Of a DNA stretch of 36,158 nucleotides, positions 8,303 to 16,225 are shown one piece after another (position 1 is the first letter of the stretch; each line of letters starts with the position of its first letter). Below the pieces are notes generated by a model. That model searched no databases and had not been told where the DNA came from. It saw only the letters and a program-made list of their open reading frames with translations. The DNA lies in the NCBI GenBank assembly GCA_958427375.1, contig CAUABY010000001.1:1-36158 (forward strand), given 5' to 3'. This stretch comes from an uncultured Eubacteriales bacterium (lineage in GTDB: Bacteria > Bacillota > Clostridia > Oscillospirales > Oscillospiraceae). Both the position numbers and the translations under genes were made by a program.

Positions 8303-8455
8303 GCTATTGATTTTACTTATCCCGGTCTTTCCACAATATTCATCTATTCATTTGGCGTGTCGAAACGAGGCGGATTTTGTAAACCACCTCATATTGTAAC
8401 TTTTCAGTGCATATCTTTAACTACTGAAAGTAAGTTTGCTGGAAAGGCTTGTGAA

Positions 8456-9592
8456 ATGAAACAAATTTTATCTTTTTTCCTGCTACTGGCGGCAATGCTT
8501 AGCCTGCCCTGCGCGGCGCAGGCGGCGGGCATAACGCCGAGTGTCAGCGCGCCGTCGGCGGTGCTTGTGGAGAAGCAGACCGGCGAAGTGCTCTATGAAA
8601 AAAACGCGCACACGCGCTGTCTGCCCGCGAGTGTGACCAAGGTAATGACGCTTCTCCTGCTTGCGGAGGACGTGGAATCGGGCAAAATGAGTCTTGACGA
8701 CACTGTGACGGCGAGCAAGCGCGCCGCCTCCTTCGGCGGGAGCTGTGTTTTCCTGGCCGAGGGCGAGAAAATGAGCGTAAACGAGATGCTAAAGTGCATC
8801 GCCGTCGTCTCCGCCAACGACTGCGCCGTGGCCATGGCCGAGCACGCCAGCGGCAGTGAGGAGCTTTTTGTCCAGCGCATGAACGAGCGCGCGAAGGAGC
8901 TTGGCCTTGAGGACACGCATTTTACCAACTGCACGGGGCTTTTTGAGGACAAGGAGCACTATACCTCGGCCTATGACGTGGCTGTGATGTCGCGCGAGCT
9001 TTTGCGCCACGAGTTTATAAAGGACTACACCACCATCTGGATGGACAGCATACGCGGCGGGGAGTTCGGCCTTAGCAGCACCAACCGCCTTGTCTATTCC
9101 TACCCCGGCTGCACGGGGCTGAAAACCGGCTACACCTCGGCGGCCAAGTACTGCATCTCCGCCACGGCCGAGCGCGAGGGCGTGGAGTACATCGCAGTAG
9201 TGATGCGCTCTGAGAGCGCGGAGTCGCGCAACGCGGACGCGGCGGCGCTTTTGGACTACGCCTTTGCCAACTTCGGGCTGTGCTCACTCCGTGACAGCTC
9301 TCCCCTGCCCTCCGTCCCGGTCGGCATGGGAAAGGCGGATTCCGTCGCGCTTGACTACAGCGGGCCGGAGTACGCCCTCACCGCTAAAACCGGCACGGAG
9401 CCTCGCTGTGTGCTCGACCTCGTGCCGCGCGCCAAGGCCCCGGTGCATAAGGGCGAGCGGCTCGGCACACTGATGGTCTACTCCGGCGACAAGCTCATCT
9501 CCTCCGTGCCGATAGTTGCCGCGGAGGATGTGGAGCGGCTCGGCTACTTCGGCATCTTTGCGCGGCTCGGCGGTGCCATGCTGGGGCTGTGA
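8456..9592 (+). CDS. serine-type D-Ala-D-Ala carboxypeptidase (PBP5/DacB/DacF-like)
   Basis: Signal peptide MKQILSFFLLLAAMLSLPCAAQA. The SxxK (SVTK), SxN (SAND) and KTG (LKTGYT) motifs occur in the correct order. Start trimmed from 8357 to 8456. Confidence 0.88.
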   Translation: MKQILSFFLLLAAMLSLPCAAQAAGITPSVSAPSAVLVEKQTGEVLYEKNAHTRCLPASVTKVMTLLLLAEDVESGKMSLDDTVTASKRAASFGGSCVFLAEGEKMSVNEMLKCIAVVSANDCAVAMAEHASGSEELFVQRMNERAKELGLEDTHFTNCTGLFEDKEHYTSAYDVAVMSRELLRHEFIKDYTTIWMDSIRGGEFGLSSTNRLVYSYPGCTGLKTGYTSAAKYCISATAEREGVEYIAVVMRSESAESRNADAAALLDYAFANFGLCSLRDSSPLPSVPVGMGKADSVALDYSGPEYALTAKTGTEPRCVLDLVPRAKAPVHKGERLGTLMVYSGDKLISSVPIVAAEDVERLGYFGIFARLGGAMLGL

Positions 9593-9698
9593 CGCGCGCT
9601 GTTTTTGCTGTTGAAAATATTTGAAAACAGTATATAATAGATTACATAGAGCACATGAAATCCCGCAAAATAACAAATGAAAACGGAGGCATATTATT

Positions 9699-10970
9699 AT
9701 GGTAAGATTAGACCTCTCCGGCGCCGAGCGCTTTTACAAGAGTGAGCCGGATACAGCGGCGGCTGAAAAGGCTTTTGATACACTTGTCAACAAGACCGGC
9801 AAGGGCGCGGACTTCACCGGCTGGCTGGAGCTGCCCCAGCGCATAAAGGACGCTGAGCTTGACAGAATCGTCGCCGCGGCGGAGAAGATTCGCGGCCGCT
9901 CCAAGGCGCTTGTCGTCATCGGCATAGGCGGCTCATATCTCGGCGCGCGCGGCGCGATTGAGCTTTTGAAGCCCCTGCCCGGCAAGGATGACCCCAAGGT
10001 GTTCTTCGCGGGCAACGGCGTGTCCGCAGACGGACTTTGCGCCATAATAGAGCAGCTCGGCGACAAGGACTTTGACGTAAACGTCATCTCCAAGTCCGGC
10101 ACCACGCTTGAGCCCGCTATCTCCTTCCGCATCTTCCGCGAGCTTTTGCACAAGAAGTACGGCGACAAGGCAAACGAGCACATATTCATGACCACCGATG
10201 AGCATAGAGGCGCGCTCAAGCAGCAGGGCGACAAGTTCGGCTGGGAAGCCTTCATCGTGCCTGACGATGTGGGCGGCCGCTTCAGCGTACTGTCCGCGGT
10301 CGGCCTTCTGCCGATGGCCGTGGCCGGGATTGACGTGCGCCGCGTTATTGATGCCGCCATCGCCGAGCTTGAGGCTTACAAGACCATGGGCAAAGACAGC
10401 CCCGCCTTTAAATACGCCGCCGCGCGCCAGCAGCTCTACAAGCAGGGTTACGGTGTGGAAATTCTCGCCTGCTATGAGCCGAGTTTCCGTTTCATGGGCG
10501 AGTGGTGGAAGCAGCTTTACGGCGAGAGCGAGGGCAAGGACGGCATAGGCATCTTCCCCGCCTCCGTTGAGTACACCGCCGATCTGCACTCCATGGGTCA
10601 GTACATTCAGGACGGCGTGCGTGATTTGATGGAGACAGTGGTGCGCTTCAAGACCTCGCACAACAGCTTCGCTGTGCCCAATGATGAGGCCAACGCCGAC
10701 GGGCTCAACTACCTCTCCGGCCGCGATTTGACCGACATCTGCGCGACCGTGGCCGAGGCCGTCAAGGAAGCTCACATCTCCGGCGGTGTGCCGAACATGG
10801 TGGTTGAGCTTGACCGCCGTGACGAGGTCGGCTTTGCGGAGCTCGTGACCTTCTTCGAGTTTGCCTGCGGCGTGTCCGGCTACATCTCCGGCGTGAACCC
10901 CTTCGACCAGCCCGGCGTTGAGGCCTACAAGAAGAACATGTTCCGTATGCTCGGCAAGCCCGGCTGCTAA
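9699..10970 (+). CDS. pgi: glucose-6-phosphate isomerase
   Basis: 423 aa. Has the IGIGGSYLGARG and VISKSGTT SIS motifs and the GESEGK block of the short Gram-positive PGI type. GGAGG RBS. Confidence 0.92.
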   Translation: MVRLDLSGAERFYKSEPDTAAAEKAFDTLVNKTGKGADFTGWLELPQRIKDAELDRIVAAAEKIRGRSKALVVIGIGGSYLGARGAIELLKPLPGKDDPKVFFAGNGVSADGLCAIIEQLGDKDFDVNVISKSGTTLEPAISFRIFRELLHKKYGDKANEHIFMTTDEHRGALKQQGDKFGWEAFIVPDDVGGRFSVLSAVGLLPMAVAGIDVRRVIDAAIAELEAYKTMGKDSPAFKYAAARQQLYKQGYGVEILACYEPSFRFMGEWWKQLYGESEGKDGIGIFPASVEYTADLHSMGQYIQDGVRDLMETVVRFKTSHNSFAVPNDEANADGLNYLSGRDLTDICATVAEAVKEAHISGGVPNMVVELDRRDEVGFAELVTFFEFACGVSGYISGVNPFDQPGVEAYKKNMFRMLGKPGC

Positions 10971-11009
10971 GTTAAAAGTTTCGTCTGCCAAGCCCGCGCT
11001 AATCTCACG

Positions 11010-11053
11010 CCAAATCGAAGCCCAGTGCAGCGGGTTCGATTTGGAAAGGAAAA
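11010..11053 (-). repeat. 44-bp palindromic intergenic element, copy B (inverted relative to copy A)
   Basis: CCAAATCGAAGCCCAGTGCAGCGGGTTCGATTTGGAAAGGAAAA. Its reverse complement differs from 6742-6785 at a single position. Confidence 0.9.
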
Positions 11054-11164
11054 AAACAATACCGTCGGTCAATCTGACACCGCTTGCGGTGGCTGATGAC
11101 CTCACAGTGTTGTTTTGACGCGGGCGGCGCCCCTGGGCGCGCTTGCAAAGCGCGAAATACTCCA

Positions 11165-11202
11165 AGAGCCCTGATAAGCCGTTAACGGCCTATCAGGGCT
11201 CT
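11165..11202. terminator. 38-bp near-perfect palindrome/hairpin downstream of the histidine kinase gene
   Basis: AGAGCCCTGATAAGCCGTT|AACGGCCTATCAGGGCTCT has one mismatch and a central GTTAAC. No clean U-tract on either strand. Confidence 0.4.
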
Positions 11203-11220
11203 CATTCTATCCTATTTCAC

Positions 11221-12555
11221 TCACAGCGGTATACTCACCGTGAAGGTGCTGCCGCGGCCAGGCTCGCTTTCAACCTCAGCCGTACCGGAGTGAAACTGCG
11301 CTATCTCCTTCACCATCGCAAGGCCGAGGCCGCTGCCGCCGTCCTCGCCGCGCGAGGAGTCGGCCTGCCAGAAGCGCTGCCAGATTTTATCCTGATTCTC
11401 CGGCGCTATGCCGATGCCGTCATCGGCGACGCTCAGCACGGCGCAGCCGTCGTGCTCGCAAAGTCCAATCTCAATGTGCCCGCCCTCGCGGCCGTATTTA
11501 TGCGCGTTCTGCAAAAGATTCTGCACCACGCGCGACATAAGCGTGGGATTAAAGCGAGCCTGCACACCGGGCTCAATGCCGCGCCGCAGGTCAACGCCGT
11601 GCGCGTTCGCCAGCTCAAACTCCTCGCAGGCCGCGTTCACAAACTCGCTCAAATCCGCCTGACGCAGGGGGTATCTGTCCGTGCCCTGCTGCATGCGCGT
11701 CAGGCTCAAAAGCGACTGCACCAGCTCCGACATGCTGCGCCCCTGCTCCTCTATAACGCTTATCGAGCTTAAAAAGTCATCGCGCGTAAGGTCCTTGCGC
11801 CTCGCCCTGTCGCACTGGGCGAGGACGACCGTAATAGGCGTTCTCAGCTCGTGCGAGGCGTCGGAGGCGAACTGCCGCTCGGCTATGAAAGACTTCTCCA
11901 ACCGGTCAAGCATGGTGTCAAAGGCTGCGGCAAGGCGGCGCATCTCGCTCGGCCCCCGGCGCAGATTGATGCGCTGGGACATATCGTCCCCGTCGGAGAT
12001 GCTGTTTGCGGTATCCACAATCTTCTCCATGGGCCGGAAAGCAGAGCTCGCGATAAGCCAGCCGCCCAGAATCGAGACAAGGATAAGCGCGGGCAGCAGC
12101 GTAAAGGTGAGTATCATTATAACGTGCATAAGCCCGGATTCATCCAAACTTGATATCATGCCGCGCACCCACATCTGCGTCACCGCCATGTCGACAAGGC
12201 TGTCGTAAACATACACGTCCTCCCCGTTCGGCATAGTGACAGTGCGTATGTAGTTTGCGTCAAGGGGCAGGTCGAGCTCCCAATCTATGTTCTGCGCGCC
12301 GTACATCAGCTCGCCGCTCTCATTATAGTAGCACAGGTACACCCCGCGCTTATAGCAGTCAAGGTCATCCCACTCGAATTTACCCCGGTCAAACTCCACC
12401 TCGTCCGCGTTTTCCTGCACGACCTTTACAAGCCTGCCCGCCGGGTCGTCAGTCACGGACGAGCCGTTCACCACCAGCACGAACACCAGCACCAGCACGG
12501 CCATCAGCACGACCATAAGCGTAAACCACAGTGTAACCCTCAGTTTCGCAGACAT
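11221..12555 (-). CDS. sensor histidine kinase (2 TM, HAMP, HisKA, HATPase_c)
   Basis: H-box SHELRTPIT. N, G1 and G2 boxes (QNLLQNAHKY, DDGIGI, GSGLGLAMV). Two hydrophobic segments flank a periplasmic loop of about 115 aa. Confidence 0.9.
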   Translation of the reverse strand: MSAKLRVTLWFTLMVVLMAVLVLVFVLVVNGSSVTDDPAGRLVKVVQENADEVEFDRGKFEWDDLDCYKRGVYLCYYNESGELMYGAQNIDWELDLPLDANYIRTVTMPNGEDVYVYDSLVDMAVTQMWVRGMISSLDESGLMHVIMILTFTLLPALILVSILGGWLIASSAFRPMEKIVDTANSISDGDDMSQRINLRRGPSEMRRLAAAFDTMLDRLEKSFIAERQFASDASHELRTPITVVLAQCDRARRKDLTRDDFLSSISVIEEQGRSMSELVQSLLSLTRMQQGTDRYPLRQADLSEFVNAACEEFELANAHGVDLRRGIEPGVQARFNPTLMSRVVQNLLQNAHKYGREGGHIEIGLCEHDGCAVLSVADDGIGIAPENQDKIWQRFWQADSSRGEDGGSGLGLAMVKEIAQFHSGTAEVESEPGRGSTFTVSIPL

Positions 12556-12561
12556 TCTCTC

Positions 12562-13233
12562 TCAGTCCTCTCTCAGCACCCAGCCTGTTCCCCAGACGGT
12601 GTGTATGAGCTTTTTGTCAAAGCCCGTGTCCATTTTCTTGCGCAGGTAGCCCACGTAAACATCCACAACGTTCGTTCCGCCCTCATAGTCATAGTTCCAG
12701 AGGTTGTTTTCTATCATCTCGCGCGAGAGCACCACGCCGCGGTTTCGCATCATGTACTCCAGGAGCGCAAACTCCTTAGACGTAAGCTCAATGCGCCGCC
12801 CGGCGCGCGAGACGGTTTTTGCGGCGGTGTCTATGCTGAGGTCGGCCATGGTGTAGACATTGGAGCGGTTGCCGGTGTATTTTCGCGTCATCACGCGCAC
12901 AACGGCGGCGAGCTCCTTGAAATCAAAGGGCTTTGTCAGGTAATAGTCGCCCCCGCTCTCAAGCCCCTCCACACGGTCGGCCACGCTGTCGCGCGCGGTG
13001 AGAAAGAGCACCGGCGTTGTATCGCTTTGGCTGCGCATCTTGCGCACAAGCTCCAGCCCGTTGAGCCGGGGCAGCATTATGTCGAGAATAATCACGTCAT
13101 ACTTCGCCGAAAGCGTGTATTCAAGCGCGTCCGCCCCATTGAAGCAGCTGTCAACACTGTAGCCCTCGTCCTCCATCAGCTCTGAAATAATTCTGTTCAG
13201 GTTCTTCTCGTCCTCTACAACTAATACTCTCAT
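12562..13233 (-). CDS. OmpR/PhoB-family response regulator
   Basis: Receiver domain MRVLVVEDE...DVIILDIMLP...K(P)F, followed by a winged-helix C-terminus (LTSKEFALLEYMMRN...VDVYVGYLRKK). Confidence 0.93.
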   Translation of the reverse strand: MRVLVVEDEKNLNRIISELMEDEGYSVDSCFNGADALEYTLSAKYDVIILDIMLPRLNGLELVRKMRSQSDTTPVLFLTARDSVADRVEGLESGGDYYLTKPFDFKELAAVVRVMTRKYTGNRSNVYTMADLSIDTAAKTVSRAGRRIELTSKEFALLEYMMRNRGVVLSREMIENNLWNYDYEGGTNVVDVYVGYLRKKMDTGFDKKLIHTVWGTGWVLRED

Positions 13234-13388
13234 GGCTTTTCTCCTTGTCTGATTTTGAATTCAGTCTACACGGAAAAATTAAAAAAAAGCTTAATGATTT
13301 TCTTAAAATATTCTATTATTATTTTAGCATAAAGCAAAGAGCAAAGTCGATATACAGCTCTCGCCTAAATGTAAAGGAGATTGAAAAT

Positions 13389-13694
13389 ATGAAGAAAACC
13401 TTGAAAACCGTTTTGATTGTTCTGCTCGTTCTCGTCGTTATCGGCGCATGCATAGGCGGATACTTCATCTACCGCCACCAGACGAGCTACATCGGCAGCA
13501 AGGACGCGCTCGCCATCGCGCTTGAGGCCTCCGGCCTTGACAGAGCCGCCGTGACGGAGACGGACGTGGAATTTGACAAATCCGCATACTCCGCGTGGTA
13601 TGAGGTGGATATAGATACCTTCGGCATGGACTATGAGTATATCGTCGACGCCTCCACTGGCGAGATACTCAACTCCAGCGTCAAGCCCGATTGA
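13389..13694 (+). CDS. PepSY domain membrane-anchored protein
   Basis: 101 aa with an N-terminal TM segment. The PepSY-like end reads WYEVDIDTFGMDYEYIVDASTGEILNS. AAAGGAG RBS. Start trimmed from 13245. Confidence 0.7.
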   Translation: MKKTLKTVLIVLLVLVVIGACIGGYFIYRHQTSYIGSKDALAIALEASGLDRAAVTETDVEFDKSAYSAWYEVDIDTFGMDYEYIVDASTGEILNSSVKPD

Positions 13695-13808
13695 TACTCA
13701 TTTCTGCTTAAAATCTTCAATTTTAATCAGATTTCAGTATGATCTATACCCGCGCTTTCTACAATACCGCGCTTAGTATAAGATGCTTTAGATCTCCACA
13801 GGGAGGGG

Positions 13809-13849
13809 TACAGAGTCTGTGTGTGCAGCGCAGGCTCTGTATTCTTTTT
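13809..13849 (+). terminator. rho-independent terminator after the PepSY gene
   Basis: 11-bp stem TACAGAGTCTG/CAGGCTCTGTA, followed by TTCTTTTT. Confidence 0.75.
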
Positions 13850-13930
13850 GTGCGGACGGGTCAGCGCTGCTTTTCGGCGGGCGCCGCTTTATAATAAATC
13901 AGCCGACGAAAGAAAAAGGGAGATATTCAG

Positions 13931-14584
13931 ATGCGTGATTTAGGCATATTTCAAAGCCTCGGTGCCTTATGGCTCAGAACTCTCGCGGAGCTTGAGAGCA
14001 AGGGCGCTGAAGCAATCTACACGGATAACGTCGGGGAGCAGGCGGAGGTAAAGGAGCTTTTTGACCTCAGCGCCGAGGTTCAAAACGCCGCGCTGCCGGA
14101 TGAGATTATTGAGCGGCACAAGAATCAGGAGGAGTATGACTGGATGGTGCGCAACTTCACCGTGCAGGACAAAGTTCCGGAGCTGCGCCATGAAAACTCT
14201 TACGCCTCGCGCCTCTACTCATACATGGGCAGGAAGAATCAGGTGGACTGGCTGGTTGACCGGCTGCGGCGCAATCCAAGCACACGCTCCGCTACCATCA
14301 CCATGTTTGAACCCTTGATGGACGAGGGGTATATCCCCTGTGTCAGCCTTCTCGATTTTCAGCAGAGCGACGGGCAGCTTAATATGACCGCGTACTGCCG
14401 CGCGCTGGATTTTGGCTGCAAGGCCTACGTCAATCTTGTTATGCTGCGCCTTATTCATAGCGACATTGCCGAAAAGGTCGGCATGAGCCGCGGCAAATTG
14501 ACTCTTCTTGTCAAATCCGCGCATTTTTATCTGCGCGGCAGGGACAAGGTAATGAAAATCCTGCGGGAAGAGCAGGAGCTTTGA
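13931..14584 (+). CDS. thymidylate synthase-fold protein, short divergent form (217 aa)
   Basis: The core aligns without gaps to E. coli ThyA: NPSTRSATITMFEP ~ DPDSRRIIVSAWN, YIPCVSLLDFQ ~ LAPCHAFFQFY, AYCRALDFGCKAYVNL ~ LYQRSCDVFLGLPFNI, SAHFY ~ DTHLY. Has its own TATAAT (13890-13895) and terminator. Confidence 0.75.
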   Translation: MRDLGIFQSLGALWLRTLAELESKGAEAIYTDNVGEQAEVKELFDLSAEVQNAALPDEIIERHKNQEEYDWMVRNFTVQDKVPELRHENSYASRLYSYMGRKNQVDWLVDRLRRNPSTRSATITMFEPLMDEGYIPCVSLLDFQQSDGQLNMTAYCRALDFGCKAYVNLVMLRLIHSDIAEKVGMSRGKLTLLVKSAHFYLRGRDKVMKILREEQEL

Positions 14585-14603
14585 AGAGCGCTTATATACA
14601 GCC

Positions 14604-14640
14604 AACGGGAGCCGGACTTTTTGCCCGGCTCCCGTTTTCT
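14604..14640 (+). terminator. rho-independent terminator after the TS-fold gene (hairpin shared with the convergent ABC operon)
   Basis: 12-bp stem AACGGGAGCCGG/CCGGCTCCCGTT, followed by TTCT. Confidence 0.75.
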
Positions 14641-14645
14641 CATTA

Positions 14646-15419
14646 TTACATTCTGCTTAAAAACTGCTTTGTGCGCTCCTCGCGCGGATTTCTGAAAATC
14701 TGCTCCGGCGGGCCTTGCTCGGCTATGCAGCCGCCGTCCATAAACAGCACGCGGTCACTCACCGCCTCGGCAAAGCTCATCTCGTGCGTGACGACAACCA
14801 TCGTCATTTTCTCCCGCGCTAACTGCTTTATCACCGCGAGCACCTCGCCCGTCAGCTCCGGGTCGAGCGCGGAGGTCGGCTCGTCGAAGAACAGCACCTC
14901 AGGCGTGAGCGCGAGGGCGCGCGCGATTGCCACGCGCTGCTGCTGGCCGCCGGAGAGCTGGTGTGGGTAGAAGCCCAGCTTATCGCCAAGCCCCACGCGG
15001 CGCAAAAGCTCCTCGCTCTTTGCCATAATCTCCGCGTTTATCTCGCGCTTGTTCGCGCGGTAGTCCGCTCGTGCCCTGGCCTGAAGCCTGGGCGCGAGCG
15101 CGACGTTGTCCAGCGCCGTATACTGCGGGAAAAGGTTGAAATTCTGGAAAACAAGGCCGAAATGCAGCCTGTTGCGGCGTATCTGCTCCTCGCTCAGCGT
15201 GTGCTTTTCCGAGGAGAAGAGTATGTCGTCCCCGACCTTGATAAGCCCCGAATCCGGCATTTCGAGGAAGTTCATGCAGCGCAGCAGCGTGGTCTTGCCG
15301 CCGCCGGAGGGGCCGATTACGGAGAGGGTCTCCCCGCGCTCCATCGAAAAGCCGATGCCCTTTAGCACCTCAAGCTCACCAAAGCTCTTGCGCAAATCTT
15401 TAACTTCAAGCAAAGCCAT
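14646..15419 (-). CDS. polar amino acid ABC transporter, ATP-binding protein
   Basis: Walker [10 protein letters not shown], signature LSGGQQQRV, Walker [12 protein letters not shown]. GlnQ/ArtP/TcyC-like. Confidence 0.93.
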   Translation of the reverse strand: MALLEVKDLRKSFGELEVLKGIGFSMERGETLSVIGPSGGGKTTLLRCMNFLEMPDSGLIKVGDDILFSSEKHTLSEEQIRRNRLHFGLVFQNFNLFPQYTALDNVALAPRLQARARADYRANKREINAEIMAKSEELLRRVGLGDKLGFYPHQLSGGQQQRVAIARALALTPEVLFFDEPTSALDPELTGEVLAVIKQLAREKMTMVVVTHEMSFAEAVSDRVLFMDGGCIAEQGPPEQIFRNPREERTKQFLSRM

Positions 15420-15431
15420 CTCTCGCCCTCC

Positions 15432-16091
15432 TTACACCTTGAAATAGTCCAGCTTCTTCTCAAGCGCCCCCAGCAGCAGCGTCAAAACACCGCTGAACGC
15501 CAGATAGTACACGCCCGTGAAGAACAGCGGCCAGATAATACCGGCGGACTTGATAAAGGCCTGACCGTTCCACATAATCTCGTACACCGCAATCACGCGC
15601 ACAAGTGAGGTGTCCTTGACAAGGGTGATAATTTCGTTGCCTATGGGCGGCACTATGCGCTTTATGACCTGCATGAGCGTGACCTTGAAGAAAATCTGCG
15701 TGTTCGTCATGCCGAGCACCTGTCCGGCCTCGCGCTGGCCCTTGGGCACGCCCTCAATGCCGCCGCGGAAAATCTCCGAGAAGTAGCAGGCATAGTTGAA
15801 GATGAAAGCGACCATGGCCGCGGTAAAGCGCCCGGATGACCCGCTGCCCCACCAGTTATTGCCCAGAATAAGGCCGGGGCCATAGTAGATGATGAGCAGC
15901 TGGAGCATCAGCGGCGTGCCGCGCACTATCCATACAACGATTTTGACAAACCAGTTGAGCGGTTTGAAGCGGCTCATTGAGCCGAGCGAGATTATAAGCC
16001 CCAGCGGGATTGCGCCGAGCAGGGTCAGCGCGAATATCTCAAGCGATTTCAGGAAGCCCAGCGACAGTGAGCTGACGACGGTTTGGAACAT
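15432..16091 (-). CDS. polar amino acid ABC transporter permease (His/Glu/Gln/Arg/opine family)
   Basis: 219 aa. EAA-type loop GGIEGVPKGQREAGQVLGMT and about 5 TM segments. Confidence 0.9.
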   Translation of the reverse strand: MFQTVVSSLSLGFLKSLEIFALTLLGAIPLGLIISLGSMSRFKPLNWFVKIVVWIVRGTPLMLQLLIIYYGPGLILGNNWWGSGSSGRFTAAMVAFIFNYACYFSEIFRGGIEGVPKGQREAGQVLGMTNTQIFFKVTLMQVIKRIVPPIGNEIITLVKDTSLVRVIAVYEIMWNGQAFIKSAGIIWPLFFTGVYYLAFSGVLTLLLGALEKKLDYFKV

Positions 16092-16151
16092 GGCAAAATT
16101 CCTTTATCTCTTCTATTATAATATATACATATACCGGCTGACCGGCGAACA

Positions 16152-16180
16152 CGCAGAGAGGAGGTCAGCTCCTCTCTGCG
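16152..16180 (-). other. intercistronic stem-loop between the binding-protein and permease genes
   Basis: 11-bp perfect stem CGCAGAGAGGA/TCCTCTCTGCG with a 7-nt loop and no U-tract. Confidence 0.6.
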
Positions 16181-16225
16181 TAAGCAGGCTTCAATTATTT
16201 CCAATCAATAATACACTATACTCTG

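Noticed and set aside
8181-8399. 72-aa TTG-initiated ORF in the AT-rich intergenic region
   Set aside because: It has a TTG start and no RBS. Its composition is Asn/Ser/His/Ile-rich, as expected from AT-rich noncoding DNA, and it overlaps the repeat and promoter region.
8400-8455. Possible sporulation-sigma promoter (GCATA ...) ahead of the DD-carboxypeptidase gene
   Set aside because: Only a -35-like pentamer could be matched. No acceptable -10 for SigF, SigG or SigE lies at the right spacing, so the call is not supportable by eye.
11010-11044. tRNA-like GGGTTCGAT in the 44-bp element
   Set aside because: There is no acceptor, D or anticodon arm, and no 5-bp T-stem around the TTCGA. The whole unit is a simple hairpin. 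No tRNA cloverleaf could be drawn anywhere in the window.
9933-11165. 410-aa minus-strand ORF opposite pgi
   Set aside because: It is antisense to an unmistakable glucose-6-phosphate isomerase. It runs on through the intergenic repeat region and has no RBS or recognisable motif. The ORF at 9734..10360 falls into the same category.
13290-13307. CTTAAT/CTTAAA direct repeat as a response-regulator box upstream of the PepSY gene
   Set aside because: These are only 5-6 nt half-sites in very AT-rich DNA at 12-bp spacing. That is too weak to distinguish from chance.
13819-13938. 39-codon GTG ORF preceded by AGGGAGGGG and ending in an overlap with the TS-fold gene start
   Set aside because: Its first third is the terminator hairpin of the PepSY gene, and its last third contains the TATAAT and RBS of the next gene. 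The RBS-like purine run is more simply the base of the terminator region. It cannot be excluded without ribosome profiling.
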